A DNA stretch of 63,912 nucleotides, counting the filler, from Albugo candida (Eukaryota): NCBI GenBank assembly GCA_040437565.1. It is 7 parts of 7 records of this genome, joined end to end, with 100 filler letters (N's around TTAATTAATTAA, not from the genome) between each part and the next. Parts side by side here need not be neighbours in the genome. Positions count along the whole stretch, not along the records: positions 10,185 to 20,095 come from JBDOQK010000118.1; positions 20,196 to 29,587 come from JBDOQK010000119.1; 5 more parts are not named here. The stretch is one strand, 5' to 3'. The notes beneath the pieces were generated by a model. That model was given only the letters and a program-made list of their open reading frames with translations, made no database searches and was not told the origin of the DNA. Made by a program: the position numbers and the translations under genes. Positions 13,128 through 23,730 of the stretch are shown here, in pieces (position 1 is the first letter of the stretch; each line of letters begins with the position of its first letter).

Positions 13128-14917
13128 TTGAAGGTGTCTATATTACTAGAATTAGACTAACTGACTTCTCTAGTCGTCTCGGCTACCTTAAATAACATAT
13201 ATACATATAAACACGTTTTACAAAATACCTTTGAGAGATGATATTATTTCCCTCGTTGCTAGTCCTGCAGTGCGGTAGCGTCCACCACTACAGTTCGAGA
13301 GTGTATCCATCGTGTAACGGATAAATGTTTAAAGGTGTAAAAGGTTCTGAAAAATGGTCCAAAGTACCGCGTTTTATAAAAGGATCCAAAAGTACCATGC
13401 GTTGTAAGACGGTCCAAGCGTAACGTTTGTTGTAAAACGGACCAAACGTACCGTGTGCTGTAAATGGTCCAAAGTACCGTGCTGTGCGAATTGTTGCGCG
13501 CCCCACTACGTTGAGCATAAGCAGCCAACTGAAATAAGATCCGAGTTCAACTTGCATTTGGACTCGCCTATGGCGTAGCCGTAGCAATGATCTTCAACTT
13601 CTAAAAAAATCCGCGGAATGATCCATGCGTTTGAAGTTGCTCCAAAAACTTTGCAAGCCCATTGCGGTCCTCTTGTTCGTAACACTGTGTTCGATGGTAT
13701 CGAACGTGCACACTAAACGTGGTGTAGATCACGGGAAGTCCTGGAACTATCGGAGTTGCTGATAGCTTATCGAACAAACGATGATTCCGATCTGTCCAGA
13801 CGAAGTGCAGTGTCACCGCTTGGAATGCAAGCCATAATTCTAATATAATCTCTAAATATTCTTTCCAATCCGACCGTACTGTTGGGACAATTCCACATGC
13901 AATATGCGTCCAACGTGGTCGAGAGGAGAAAAACTGATCCCAACTAGGGATTAACTCCCTCCATAATTGTGCCGTGTGATCGCACTCTAAAAAGAGATGT
14001 TGATCGGATTCCACTNNNNNNNNNNNNNNNNNNNNNNNNNNNNNNNNNNNNNNNNNNNNNNNNNNNNNNNNNNNNNNNNNNNNNNNNNNNNNNNNNNNNN
14101 NNNNNNNNNNNNNNNCACATGCAATATGCGTCCAACGTGGTCGAGAGGAGAAAAACTGATCCCAACTAGGGATTAACTCCCTCCATAATTGTGCCGTGTG
14201 ATCGCACTCTAAAAAGAGATGTTGATCGGATTCCACTCCCACACGAAGGCTGCGTGCATAATATAATGTCGGGCTGAATATCTTTTCAGGAACCAGAAAC
14301 GAGATCGAACTGGCAGCATCCGAAAGGCTAGACGAAACCGTAAATTCTCGAAAATTGGTAATACACGTTTTCGAAGATGCCGTGATGTAGCCACAAAAGT
14401 TCGAACTCGTTCTGAATCCAGTGCGTGCGATCTCTCCCGTGATGATCAATGTGTCGCCATCGGATGAGTCTTGGTTGGTTCGGGAGGTTTCCAGACGATT
14501 TTGACAGTTGTGAACGTGGAATGGATGGAGAATATTGTTTCCTTTCCTTGTTTTTGACTCCCACATAAAATGATCTGCCACTCGTGGTTGGTTTAATCCA
14601 AGTGATGAGCCCAATCGTCGAGTGGATACGCTGTAGTATCTGAGTGACTTCATTGTTAAGTAACTCAGCAACTTTACTTCAGCCATATCGGATGTGTTTA
14701 GCTCTTCATCGTTGTAATAGTTGGCGATGAATTCATCCTTCGTTGGCCATGTCTCACTTTCACGAATAAAGTCTTGCAGACTTCGAGTCTCGAAAAGCGT
14801 AGCGAGCGATTTCCGAAATTTTCGATGTGGCTCGTCCACCTCGCCAAGATTGTACCAAACATTTTGCGTCCTGGGATGACCAGTAGCAGCTTTGTAATGT
14901 AACTGTTTCCGCAGTGA
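13128..14917 (-). mobile_element. 5'-truncated L1/Tx1-like element with zf-RVT C-terminus and 3' tail, flanked by a 16-bp TSD
   Basis: Contains RLAFRMLPVRSRFWFL...VESDQHLFLECDHTAQLWREL...VTLHFVWTDRN. AGCCTTCCTAGCTCAG lies at 13112-13127 and 14918-14933. Confidence 0.8.
13352..13487. repeat. ~28-bp minisatellite, 5 diverged copies, inside the L1 3' region
   Basis: Repeated units resembling AA(T/C)GGTCCAAAGTACCG...TGTA. Confidence 0.75.
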
Positions 14918-14933
14918 AGCCTTCCTAGCTCAG

Positions 14934-17831
14934 TTAAGAGTGTTCGCCCGTAGTATGTGGACACCGTTCTGTTACTACAGTATGGTGGTTATCTACCCTA
15001 TCCTAATCACTTCTATGTAACGCTCTGAAGAGCCCGGTCCAACTCCTGTACAGTTATTTCTGGTGTAGTTGCCAAAGGTCTTGACACGTCCATATCTTCA
15101 AAGATAGGTTGATGTTCACGGGGAGGGCTCTTTGGCTCCGCCGAGGGGCCCCACCGCAGCCTTTTTTGCCACCTCCCCGGATTCGAACCGGGGTATACAC
15201 CGTCGGAACACATGTGTACAAACGCTAAGCCCCCCGACGGACTTCTCTATTTGTCAGCTGCTACGTACTTCTAAAACAAACTTTCTACCCTGTCGAAGAT
15301 AATGGTTTCTATCGACATCTCAAGCCTTCCTACCGTCACCTCACCGGTTGTTGACCACCCGTATTCTAACAACTTGTCCGTTACATCGCCGGATGTGAAT
15401 AACTTGTCTCCTCGTAGCTCGTCCGTTCGTGACCCGTTACCTGTAAAGTATACGCCCACGTCCTCCCCTATACCGTCAGACCCTTTACCTGTTGACGTGA
15501 TAATTGGCCAATCAGAGGCCGCTATGGAGATTGAGACACCTCTCTCTCCCATTCCAATTCCTGCCAATCTGCTGGTCGCAATGGAGGTGGATGACGCGTT
15601 GCCGTCAGCACCTCGGAAACCGGTTGAGCAAGGCCAGAAAACCGGTAATCGGCCAAGTCTCGCCGATCTCCTGAAGGGTCATGAGGAAATCTGCAAGGAT
15701 AATGCTACTAAAAAGCAAATCCTTTACCGTCAGATCTACGCGCTATTGAAAAGCTGTTAGAAGACGGCCGTTCAAGTTGCGGGGTTTGTCTGATCACTAA
15801 ACTGCAGCCAAACCTTTCGCATTACCGAGCGCCAAATTCTCCGCTGTGTTGGAGACTGGGCAAGCGCTGGTTCGAACCACACCAGCGCACATTTTGCGAT
15901 CTTTTGTGTGAGATCATGGTAATGTGACAGTCGACGAGCTTTTCGAAGCTAGAAAAATTGGCCAAGTGGCAAAATTACCTGGTGGTAATTTGAGACTACT
16001 TGTTATCGACGAGGAAGCCTGCCAGCAATTGGCCAATGAAAAAGATACGATTCTCAGTAACATCTACTCCTTCCGAGAATTTGATATTCTGGGCTTACAC
16101 TTTTTTTGAATATTTTTAGAATTGGACCGGAAATGTCCACTCTCAACTTGCGTCGGCATTCCATCGTCTTGGTTGCGATGTTCTGTATGAGTTCGCGAAG
16201 CCACTGCTTCGCGAAGACTTTCCACGTCGACTTGGAGAGTTTATTGCTGCGGCGCAAGCTGTCCTGACCAGATCAATGTTGGCGGCAAGAAAATATGTAT
16301 CTAGGGGAGATACTACTTGGCTCGAGGAAAAGCTTCTCCACTCCCGGTTGATCGGTTGAGGATGGGTCAGCGCAGTCCGCATTGCTTACTGCTGCCGGTG
16401 ATGACTCCTCAACCGAATCGGCAACAAAAAAAAATCGACTTCATCGGCTGAAAGTCAGCCCGTGAAGTCACAACCGAGACAACAACCAGACAGAATCAAC
16501 GTAAACATGCCTGACGTGTCTAAACAAAGTCCCACAAACAAGCTTCCTGCTCGTACAGTCCCTTCTGTTAGCTACGCTGCTGATGGAAACGTTTCCAAAG
16601 TACCCAACTCGGATCCATCCCAACAGCATATTTCTTCTGCGGTTCCGGATGTCAACAATAATGAACAAAAACTTGCAGAAAAAGCCTCGTCACAGTCTAC
16701 TGAGGATACGTGAACTCCAAGTCGAACACGCAACAAGCGCAAACACTCGATCGATCGCTTTCAGAGTTTACTAAGCAATGCCTCTCCAACATCGTCGGAA
16801 GGTTTTGCTACAAGCAATTAATTTAATGTGCTTGGCTCGGTCGACTTGGATTTTGTGAAAATCGACGTAACAACGAAAGCTGACTTAGAAAGAGGTACCA
16901 GATTGTACCATACGAGATTGTGGTTGAAAATGATCTGGCTAATTCCAAAGAAGCGTCTCATTTCATGAAGAAGAACCACACCCGGATCGAGAANNNNNNN
17001 NNNNNNNNNNNNNNNNNNNNNNNNNNNNNNNNNNNNNNNNNNNNNNNNNNNNNNNNNNNNNNNNNNNNNNNNNNNNNNNNNNNNNNNNNNNNNCGACTAT
17101 CCTTCTGTATCTTACCAGTTCGAGCACGATTTTGGTTTTTACAACAATCACATCCAGAATCATCCTGTGCACTCAGAAGCATTGTGGTGCGGTCGAAAGC
17201 TACCAGCATTTGTTTTCTCGATTGCAACAGGACAAGTCTAATTTGGGAGGAGCTCTTCTCGTAGTGGAAAATCTTCTTTTCTGATCGCCCGCGATCGTCA
17301 CACATCGCTTATGCACGGATTTCTGCACTTCGTGATGTGTGGAAGCCTTTTCAAGTTGTGCTGGAGGATATTTGGTTTACATTAGTCGCGGTCGCGAATC
17401 ATTTATTTGGACAGTTCGGATTCCCAGACTTCGCGCCGAAGGCACTTCGACACCAACTCTCTAGCTGTTTCGGTGATTTATAGCACACTGAGTGCCTATA
17501 TACGCTCTTTTCAACGGAAGTGCTATGATACGGAGCAGCGCGAGCAGTTGACACAATTATTAGCGACTTATCAACATACTGGTTCAGCCAGGAGGTATTT
17601 CTCTGCTCGGCCAAGCCTGCTTCAAGTTCGACGCTGTTAGTGATGCCAAGTCGGTGATGCGTGGCGTTTCTAACTCAGTACTATCTTATTCCAGTCGCTA
17701 AGGCTCGCTGCGGCTTTCTCGACCAGCATTGCATTCATTTAGTGTATTTATTGTAGTTTAGGCATTAGAGAAGTCAATTACGTCTAATTCTAGTAATATA
17801 GACAACTTCAACTAAGCCCCCCGACGGGGTC
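14934..17831 (-). mobile_element. tRNA-headed SINE of ~311 bp (14934-15240 plus 17828-17831), split by an L1 insertion
   Basis: The reconstructed head is GACCCCGTCGGGGGGCTTAGCG...CCCCGGTTCGAATCCGGGG, with a perfect B-box and T-stem. It is bounded by AGCCTTCCTAGCTCAG at 14918 and 17832. The 3' end ...AACACTCTTAA resembles the L1 end ...GACACCTTCAA. Confidence 0.7.
15241..17811 (+). mobile_element. L1/Tx1-like element: degenerate ORF1, gap, ORF2 C-terminus and 3' tail, with a 16-bp TSD
   Basis: ORF1-like pieces at 15302-15760 and 15924-16109. The zf-RVT region (LSFCILPVRARFWFL) lies at 17094-17640. CTAAGCCCCCCGACGG is identical at 15225-15240 and 17812-17827. Confidence 0.8.
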
Positions 17832-17895
17832 AGCCTTCCTAGCTCAGTTGCAGTTGTATATATTACTAGAATTAAAAGTAAATGACTTCTTTGAA

Positions 17896-19885
17896 TGTAA
17901 CGTGGTTACACGTCGCTTAGAAACCGTTACGTAGTGTTGTATACATTTGGGACGCTTTGGGTTATTCGCTATAGGAGCTGACGCGTGTCACCCACCGGAT
18001 ATTGGTAACTAGGTTTGGTAGGTTTAGCGTAACGTACTCTTCGAGATAATAAAAAAAAAAAGTTGGCCTTTAGATCAGTTAGAGACACGTCCCTGCTTCA
18101 GGCGTCTCAGATCTTGTGCACTTTGTGCTGTGTTGTCCATTCCCGGAATCGTTAGGTTCCTTGAACAAGGACCTTAAGCTTCAAGGCTTGCTGACTCGTT
18201 CAGTCTAGTTCTTTTAAAGAACTAAGTTGCTCGTTTAGCAGATAGCATTCCTCTTGAAAGGAGTTAGAGTAGCTCCGCTACACGTGGTAGCACTCGTACT
18301 CAATCTACACGTGAGTTTGTGAAGACTGATCCTCTGTGAGGATGGAACAGCCCACTTCCCTCTCTGAGGCACAAAGGGTTTCGCTTGACAAGCTGACCGC
18401 ACCAGTGGGCCCCGAATATGTGGAGTTTCTTGTTTAGCAAGGCCCGGACGTGTTGAATGCACGTCTTGAGAGCTTCATGCAGTATGAAACGTCCCTATTA
18501 GGGCAGGTCTGAGACCAAATGGCGTCGGCTATGCCAACACGCTTTGTGTCTGTTACCAGACGAAGAGGGTAAGCCTCGTCCAGTAAAGTTGGATGTCCGT
18601 CACTTCTCCGGTAAGGAAGGTGAAACCTAGTCTTCTGGATTTGTGAGGTAGAAATGGCCATGAAGTCTGGGATGATCTCGGTTGAGCATCAGTGGGTCTC
18701 GCTGACGGTCAACAAGCTCGATGGTAGAGCTAGAGAATGGGCGCTGACGTGCGGTACGTCAGTGGGCATGGTGTTCCCCACATGGGCTCGCTGAAGTTGC
18801 AACTCACGCGCGTCTTTGCGCCGCCTAATTAGTCATATCGCGTGCGGTCACGCTTCTTGTCTAGCCGTCAGGGTAAGAGCGAATTGTCGGACTATGTCCA
18901 AGAGTCGAAAACACTCATAGCTGCTATGCAGAATGAGTCTCTTCCTGAGCTGATCCATGTGACCGTGTTAATGGAAGGGCTTCGCACTGGCGTTGAAAGA
19001 AACTAGTCTTTCGAGTTCACCCGTCTAGCTTTGATGAAGCGTTCGAAATAGCTCAGAATGCTGAGCACAACTTTTAAGTCGGCTAGACTTGGTTAGAATG
19101 GGTATAATCCAGGTTCTGCGAGAACATGCTCTATGAGTACATCGGCTTTTTGTAAGCATGAGCCTATGGACCTTAGCAATGCTGAAGGTGAAGCCGACCT
19201 TCAAGTTGCTAAGCAATACCGCGACATCTGTCGATGCTATTCGTGCGGGAGCACTGACCATCTGCGTCGCAGGTTCCCGTTGCGCAAACAGCGCCAGGCT
19301 CAGTTGAAGGTGTCTATATTACTAGAATTAGACTAACTGACTTCTCTAGTTGCCTAGGCTATCTTAAATAACATATATACATATAAAAACGTTTCGAGAA
19401 NNNNNNNNNNNNNNNNNNNNNNNNNNNNNNNNNNNNNNNNNNNNNNNNNNNNNNNNNNNNNNNNNNNNNNNNNNNNNNNNNNNNNNNNNNNNNNNNNNNN
19501 CGGGGTTACACGTCGGTTAGTAACCGTTATGCAGTGTGGTACACATTTGGGACGCTTTGGGTTATTTACTTTAGGAGCTGACGCGTGTCACCCACCGGAT
19601 ATTGGTACCTAGGTTAGGTACGTTTAGAGTACCGCACTCTCCGAGATAATAAAAAATAAAGAACAGTTCCCCTTTAGATCAGTTAGAGACACGTGCCTGC
19701 TTCAGGTGTCTCAGATCTTGTGTACTTTGTGCTGTGTTGTCCATTTCCGGAATCGTTAGGTCCCTTGAACAAGGACCTTAAGCTTCATAGCTTTCTGACT
19801 CGTTGATTCTAGTTATTTAAAGAACTAAGTTGCTCGTTGAGCAGATAGCATTCCTGTGGCAAGGAGCTAGAGTAGCCCCGCTATA
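17896..19885 (+). mobile_element. Ty3/Gypsy LTR retrotransposon, degenerate, with pol lost in or at the gap
   Basis: 5' LTR 17896-18282 (TGTAAC...GCTACA) and a similar 3' LTR at 19501-19885. PBS-like TGGTAGC. Retrotrans_gag (LDGRAREWAL...RFLSSRQGK) and a degenerate knuckle CYSCGSTDH. Confidence 0.85.
19304..19400 (-). mobile_element. 3' tail of another L1-like copy inserted in the Gypsy gag
   Basis: GCTCAG|TTGAAGGTGTCTATATTACTAGAATTAGACTAACTGACTTCTCTAG, identical to the tail at 13128. Confidence 0.8.
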
Positions 19886-20195
19886 CTAAATGCCTAGATT
19901 ATAATAAACAACATATAATACATGCAGATGTGGCTTGAAAAGTCACAAATAGTAAACTTGGTGCGGCTGAAGACGGTTGAGTAGACTAGCCCCTCGACTC
20001 AGACTTGTGAGCGCTCACGCCTTCGTATCTTGAGAAGATCTGATCTCCCGGAGAAATATCTTTTTGCTGAACCTGATTGCAATAAACCGAGCAAANNNNN
20101 NNNNNNNNNNNNNNNNNNNNNNNNNNNNNNNNNNNNNNNTTAATTAATTAANNNNNNNNNNNNNNNNNNNNNNNNNNNNNNNNNNNNNNNNNNNN

Positions 20196-20721
20196 AATTT
20201 GGAGATTGGGTTCATAATATAATGTCGGGTAGAGTACCTGTTAGAGCCCAGAAACGAGATCGAGCTGGCAACATCCTAAATGACAATTGAGACTGTAGAT
20301 TACCAAGGAATAGAAGAATGCGTCTTCGACGATGTCGTGATATAATCCCAAATTTCCAAGAACCGTCCTCAATCTGCTCAGTCGATCCCTCGCGCGATGA
20401 CCAATGTGTCAACATCGAATGACTCTTGTTTTCTTCGGAAGGTGTCCAGACAGTTTTAAGAGTTGAGAACGTGAAATAGAGGTGGAAAATCATGCCTCTG
20501 CTTCCTTTCAACTCCCACATAAAACGATCTGCTTTTTGAGCTGGGCTGAATTCATGTGATGAGAGCAATCGTTGAGTGGAAACGCTGAAGTATCTGAGTG
20601 ACTTAATTGTAAAGTCGAGGCAAAGACTTTTGTTCAGCCACATCAATGTATGAATCCCTTCCTCGTTGTAGTATTGGTCGACGAATTCATCACGGAATGG
20701 TAATTCAGCTTCAGAATTCAT
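20196..20721 (-). mobile_element. L1/Tx1-like ORF2 C-terminal fragment
   Basis: Similar to ORF 13601-14839 (DEFVDQYY; LSFRMLPARSRFW). Confidence 0.75.
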
Positions 20722-22150
20722 GATGCTTGCTTTATCGATACAAACAGAAGTAGACTATATCAGCAATATCGCAACACGGTATGTGGCAAAAGATGTCGCA
20801 GAAGATATTCGGTTCACAAGGTTTAATATTTTTAGGACTGACCTACGTCATACTTCTAGCTCTCGGCGCAGATCCCTGGTCGTCGAACTGGCTCCGACTT
20901 TCCTATTTTTGCAGACAGATAAGTGATGACGATTTGTTAAATGGCCCAAGATCTAATCGGCACCGTTACTTTTGCCGTACCCGAAATGGGCAAGAAAAGC
21001 AAGTGGCTATCAAACAAATACTACCTTCAATCGACACTGATCGGCTTAGAGTGGTTTATCAGGAAGTAAATTTATTGAAACCGGTTCAAATATTGAATTT
21101 AATGAAACAAATACGGTCGCATGAACTCCCTGTTTGACCTCAAGGAGGGTATACTTGATCAATAGGATCTATACTGGATTGAGGATAGAACGCTTCATTC
21201 GAGCCAATTCTACCTGAACAACTCAGCAACGCGAATATTGATATGGATGTGAATAATTCGCATCGCACTAGACACATATAAGTTCGGATAATCATTTATC
21301 TTGAGAATGGTGTATAATACAAGCACGGTTGACGAGTCCAGTCCTTGACGAGATCCGTTGAAATGCTCATGAATCAGGCGCTTTTAAGGATATAGCGGGG
21401 AGCTGAACGATCGTACAAATACGAAAACGATGATTTACTCGACAGTCGAACTGCTTTGTGTGCGCATGAGTTGAAAAGGAAGTACACTTGATTCAAATAA
21501 GATAAGATGGATTGCGCATGTACGAAATCAAAGTGCTGAAAGCATTTAATGGGCTATGGATTAGCGCAACTCTCATTTCATCCATGGAATTGTGCTGTAG
21601 TATACATTCCATGGCTCGAAAAATCTTATTCCTCCAAGACAGATATATGCAGCAACTTTTCACGTCTTATGTACTACGTTGCCTACCATCGACATAATAT
21701 CGAGTACCTTTGAAGCCTCTACATCTTTTTAACCAGCGATGGATCTCGTATCTTTCGGACATCATTCACTTATGCAAACTCTCTCAAACATAGACAAAGT
21801 TTACTCAAATCCACACATAAACTCTTGTTATCAAAATCATCGTAGTTTTCTACATCACTCAATACCATATTCGCTTACGGCTAGATAGAAAGTAGGAAGA
21901 CGTACTAGACATTCAGCCGCTCCTTGAAGTCGATTAATTCACACAAAGTACTCCTGCATATACTACTGAATCACGTACACGATCTCGGAACTTGTCTTTG
22001 ACCAGCATGGATAAAATTAGGAGATGAATCAGGCAGCATTATTTATCTTGGGGTAGAGCACACATACACGGACGCCGATGCAAAGAATTTATCTGATCTG
22101 GGCAATCATGATGTATCGGCCTGTACAAATATACTGATGTATCGCTTATA

Positions 22151-23730
22151 CACTCCGCGCCATAAAGATAGGGACACGTGTTTTTCTTAGAAAAAGATGT
22201 GAAAAAAGTGTAGACTGACTGCACTATACATACATTAGATTAAAATAAGCACGGCGGTTTGGGTTCTTTACTCAAAGTCAGAATTGGATTTTTCAATCTA
22301 TAGTTATGAGCAAAACAGGGAAAATAGGCCGCGTCAAAATGATAAGGAATACCTGTTATATTGCGCGTTCCTCGACTTTGAACACTGCATTTATGCTCTA
22401 AGAGTGGTGCTAGTAGTGTGTCTTGAAACCCTTTAGCTCAATGACCTCCAAGAAGCGATCGCTCATCGATTTCAAGAGCGCATGTAGCCGTTCTTGACTG
22501 ATTTCTGACCACGCTTCCCTGACTGCCGCATCAAGCTCGCCAACCGAGTGATATTGGCGACCGTTATCGTAAACAGAACGCGCAATGTCACCCCAGAGAT
22601 TCTCTATCGGATTTAGGTCCGGCGAAAGAGACGGCCACTTCATCACATTGAGTTTGAGGTCCTTGAGAAAGGCACAGGTCGATTTAGATGCATGGATACT
22701 TGCGTTATCATGCTGAAATTCGTAGCCATCTTGATGTTCACGATCTGCGAAAGGTAATAGATGGTTAGTTTACGTCTCCTGGTAGTCAAACGAGTTCTGA
22801 CGACCATTCAATGTGGCCAAGGATGTCAACCCTTCTGCGGAGAAACCGCCTCAGACCATGATGCCACCCCCTCCAGTTTGACGGCTATAAAATATCCTTG
22901 CTTCAAGCCCGATATCGTGCCAATAATACTTGCAACCATCTGGTCCGTCCAGCGCAAACCGTTTCTCGTCTGAAAAGATGATCCGGTCCCAGCCAGTGCA
23001 ATCCTTGAGCTTCTGTTTGGCCCGTTCAAGTCGTGCCGTGTGGTGGCGCTTCGTGAGTTTCGGCGTGGTTTCATTTTCTTGTAGACAAGATGAGGCGCTC
23101 ACTGGAGAAGGCGCTGAACGGTCCTCTCGCTCACCTGTGGGCTCACGGTGTTGGCGATGGCAGCAGCGGACAAATCTCCGCTGATTGCGGCATTGATGAT
23201 GCACCGCGCATCACACGGCCCAAGTTTCGGCTTCCTTCCAGGGCTCTTTCTCATTCCATAGCCATCAGGATTTCTTAGGTAAGCGTGGACGACGTCTGTG
23301 GAGCGCCCTAGGCTCGCAGCAATCGTCCGTAGAGTTTCTTTGTTCGACCTGAGGGCGTCAATTTGCCCTTTCTCGTACTCGGTCAGAGCCGGCTTTCGCC
23401 CCATGGCTTCGCTTCAAAAAAACACTAAACTCGACTATGAGCATGCAGAAAACATTCAGAAGAATCCATCCATGTTGACAAAAGGCGAAGAAAGTGCGTT
23501 GTCTACCTGTGTGGTCGAGTGGTGGTGGTGTACACTATCAATATGTCGCGCAGGTCTGTGTAACTTCCCGCCAAATTTCCCACTTCCACTTATCCGATCA
23601 ACACAAACAAAACGCCAAAACGATTGGTTCAACGTAGGAAAATGTTTTATTCAATCAGTAGTCAAAACAAAGGAAAATTAAGCACAATTCAGAAAATAAA
23701 CGGTTGTCCCTATATTTATGGCGCGGAGTG
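22151..23730 (-). mobile_element. Tc1/Tc3-like DD34E transposon, full length, with a frameshifted transposase (23404-22410)
   Basis: 26-bp TIRs CACTCCGCGCCATAAAGATAGGGACA (1 mismatch), with TA on both sides. HTH N-terminus, then FSDEKRF / HDNASIH / SPDLNPIE with 34-residue D-E spacing. Confidence 0.95.

Larger units (their letters stand above)
17848..20095 (-). mobile_element. L1/Tx1-like 3' end interrupted by a Gypsy element
   Basis: The tail TTGCAGTTGTATATATTACTAGAATT...GACTTCT starts at 17848. Matching UTR sequence (TAAATGCCTAG...) resumes at 19886, followed by the ORF2 end. Confidence 0.65.

Noticed and set aside
12341-13152. Exact 356-bp direct repeat giving a duplicated ORF and an extra 16-mer at 12656
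   Set aside because: It is identical on both sides of a 100-N gap, so it is an unmerged overlap. It was not counted as an independent insertion.
13894-14237. Exact 122-bp duplication within the L1 ORF2
   Set aside because: Same gap-flanking overlap artefact.
15168-15240. Possible functional tRNA gene on the minus strand
   Set aside because: It has a good T-arm, but the 5' end does not pair as an acceptor stem and there is no canonical anticodon arm. A SINE head fits better.
12656-19345. Recurring short repeat considered as CRISPR-like
   Set aside because: Spacing is kilobase-scale and irregular, the context is eukaryotic, and TSDs plus L1 tails explain it.
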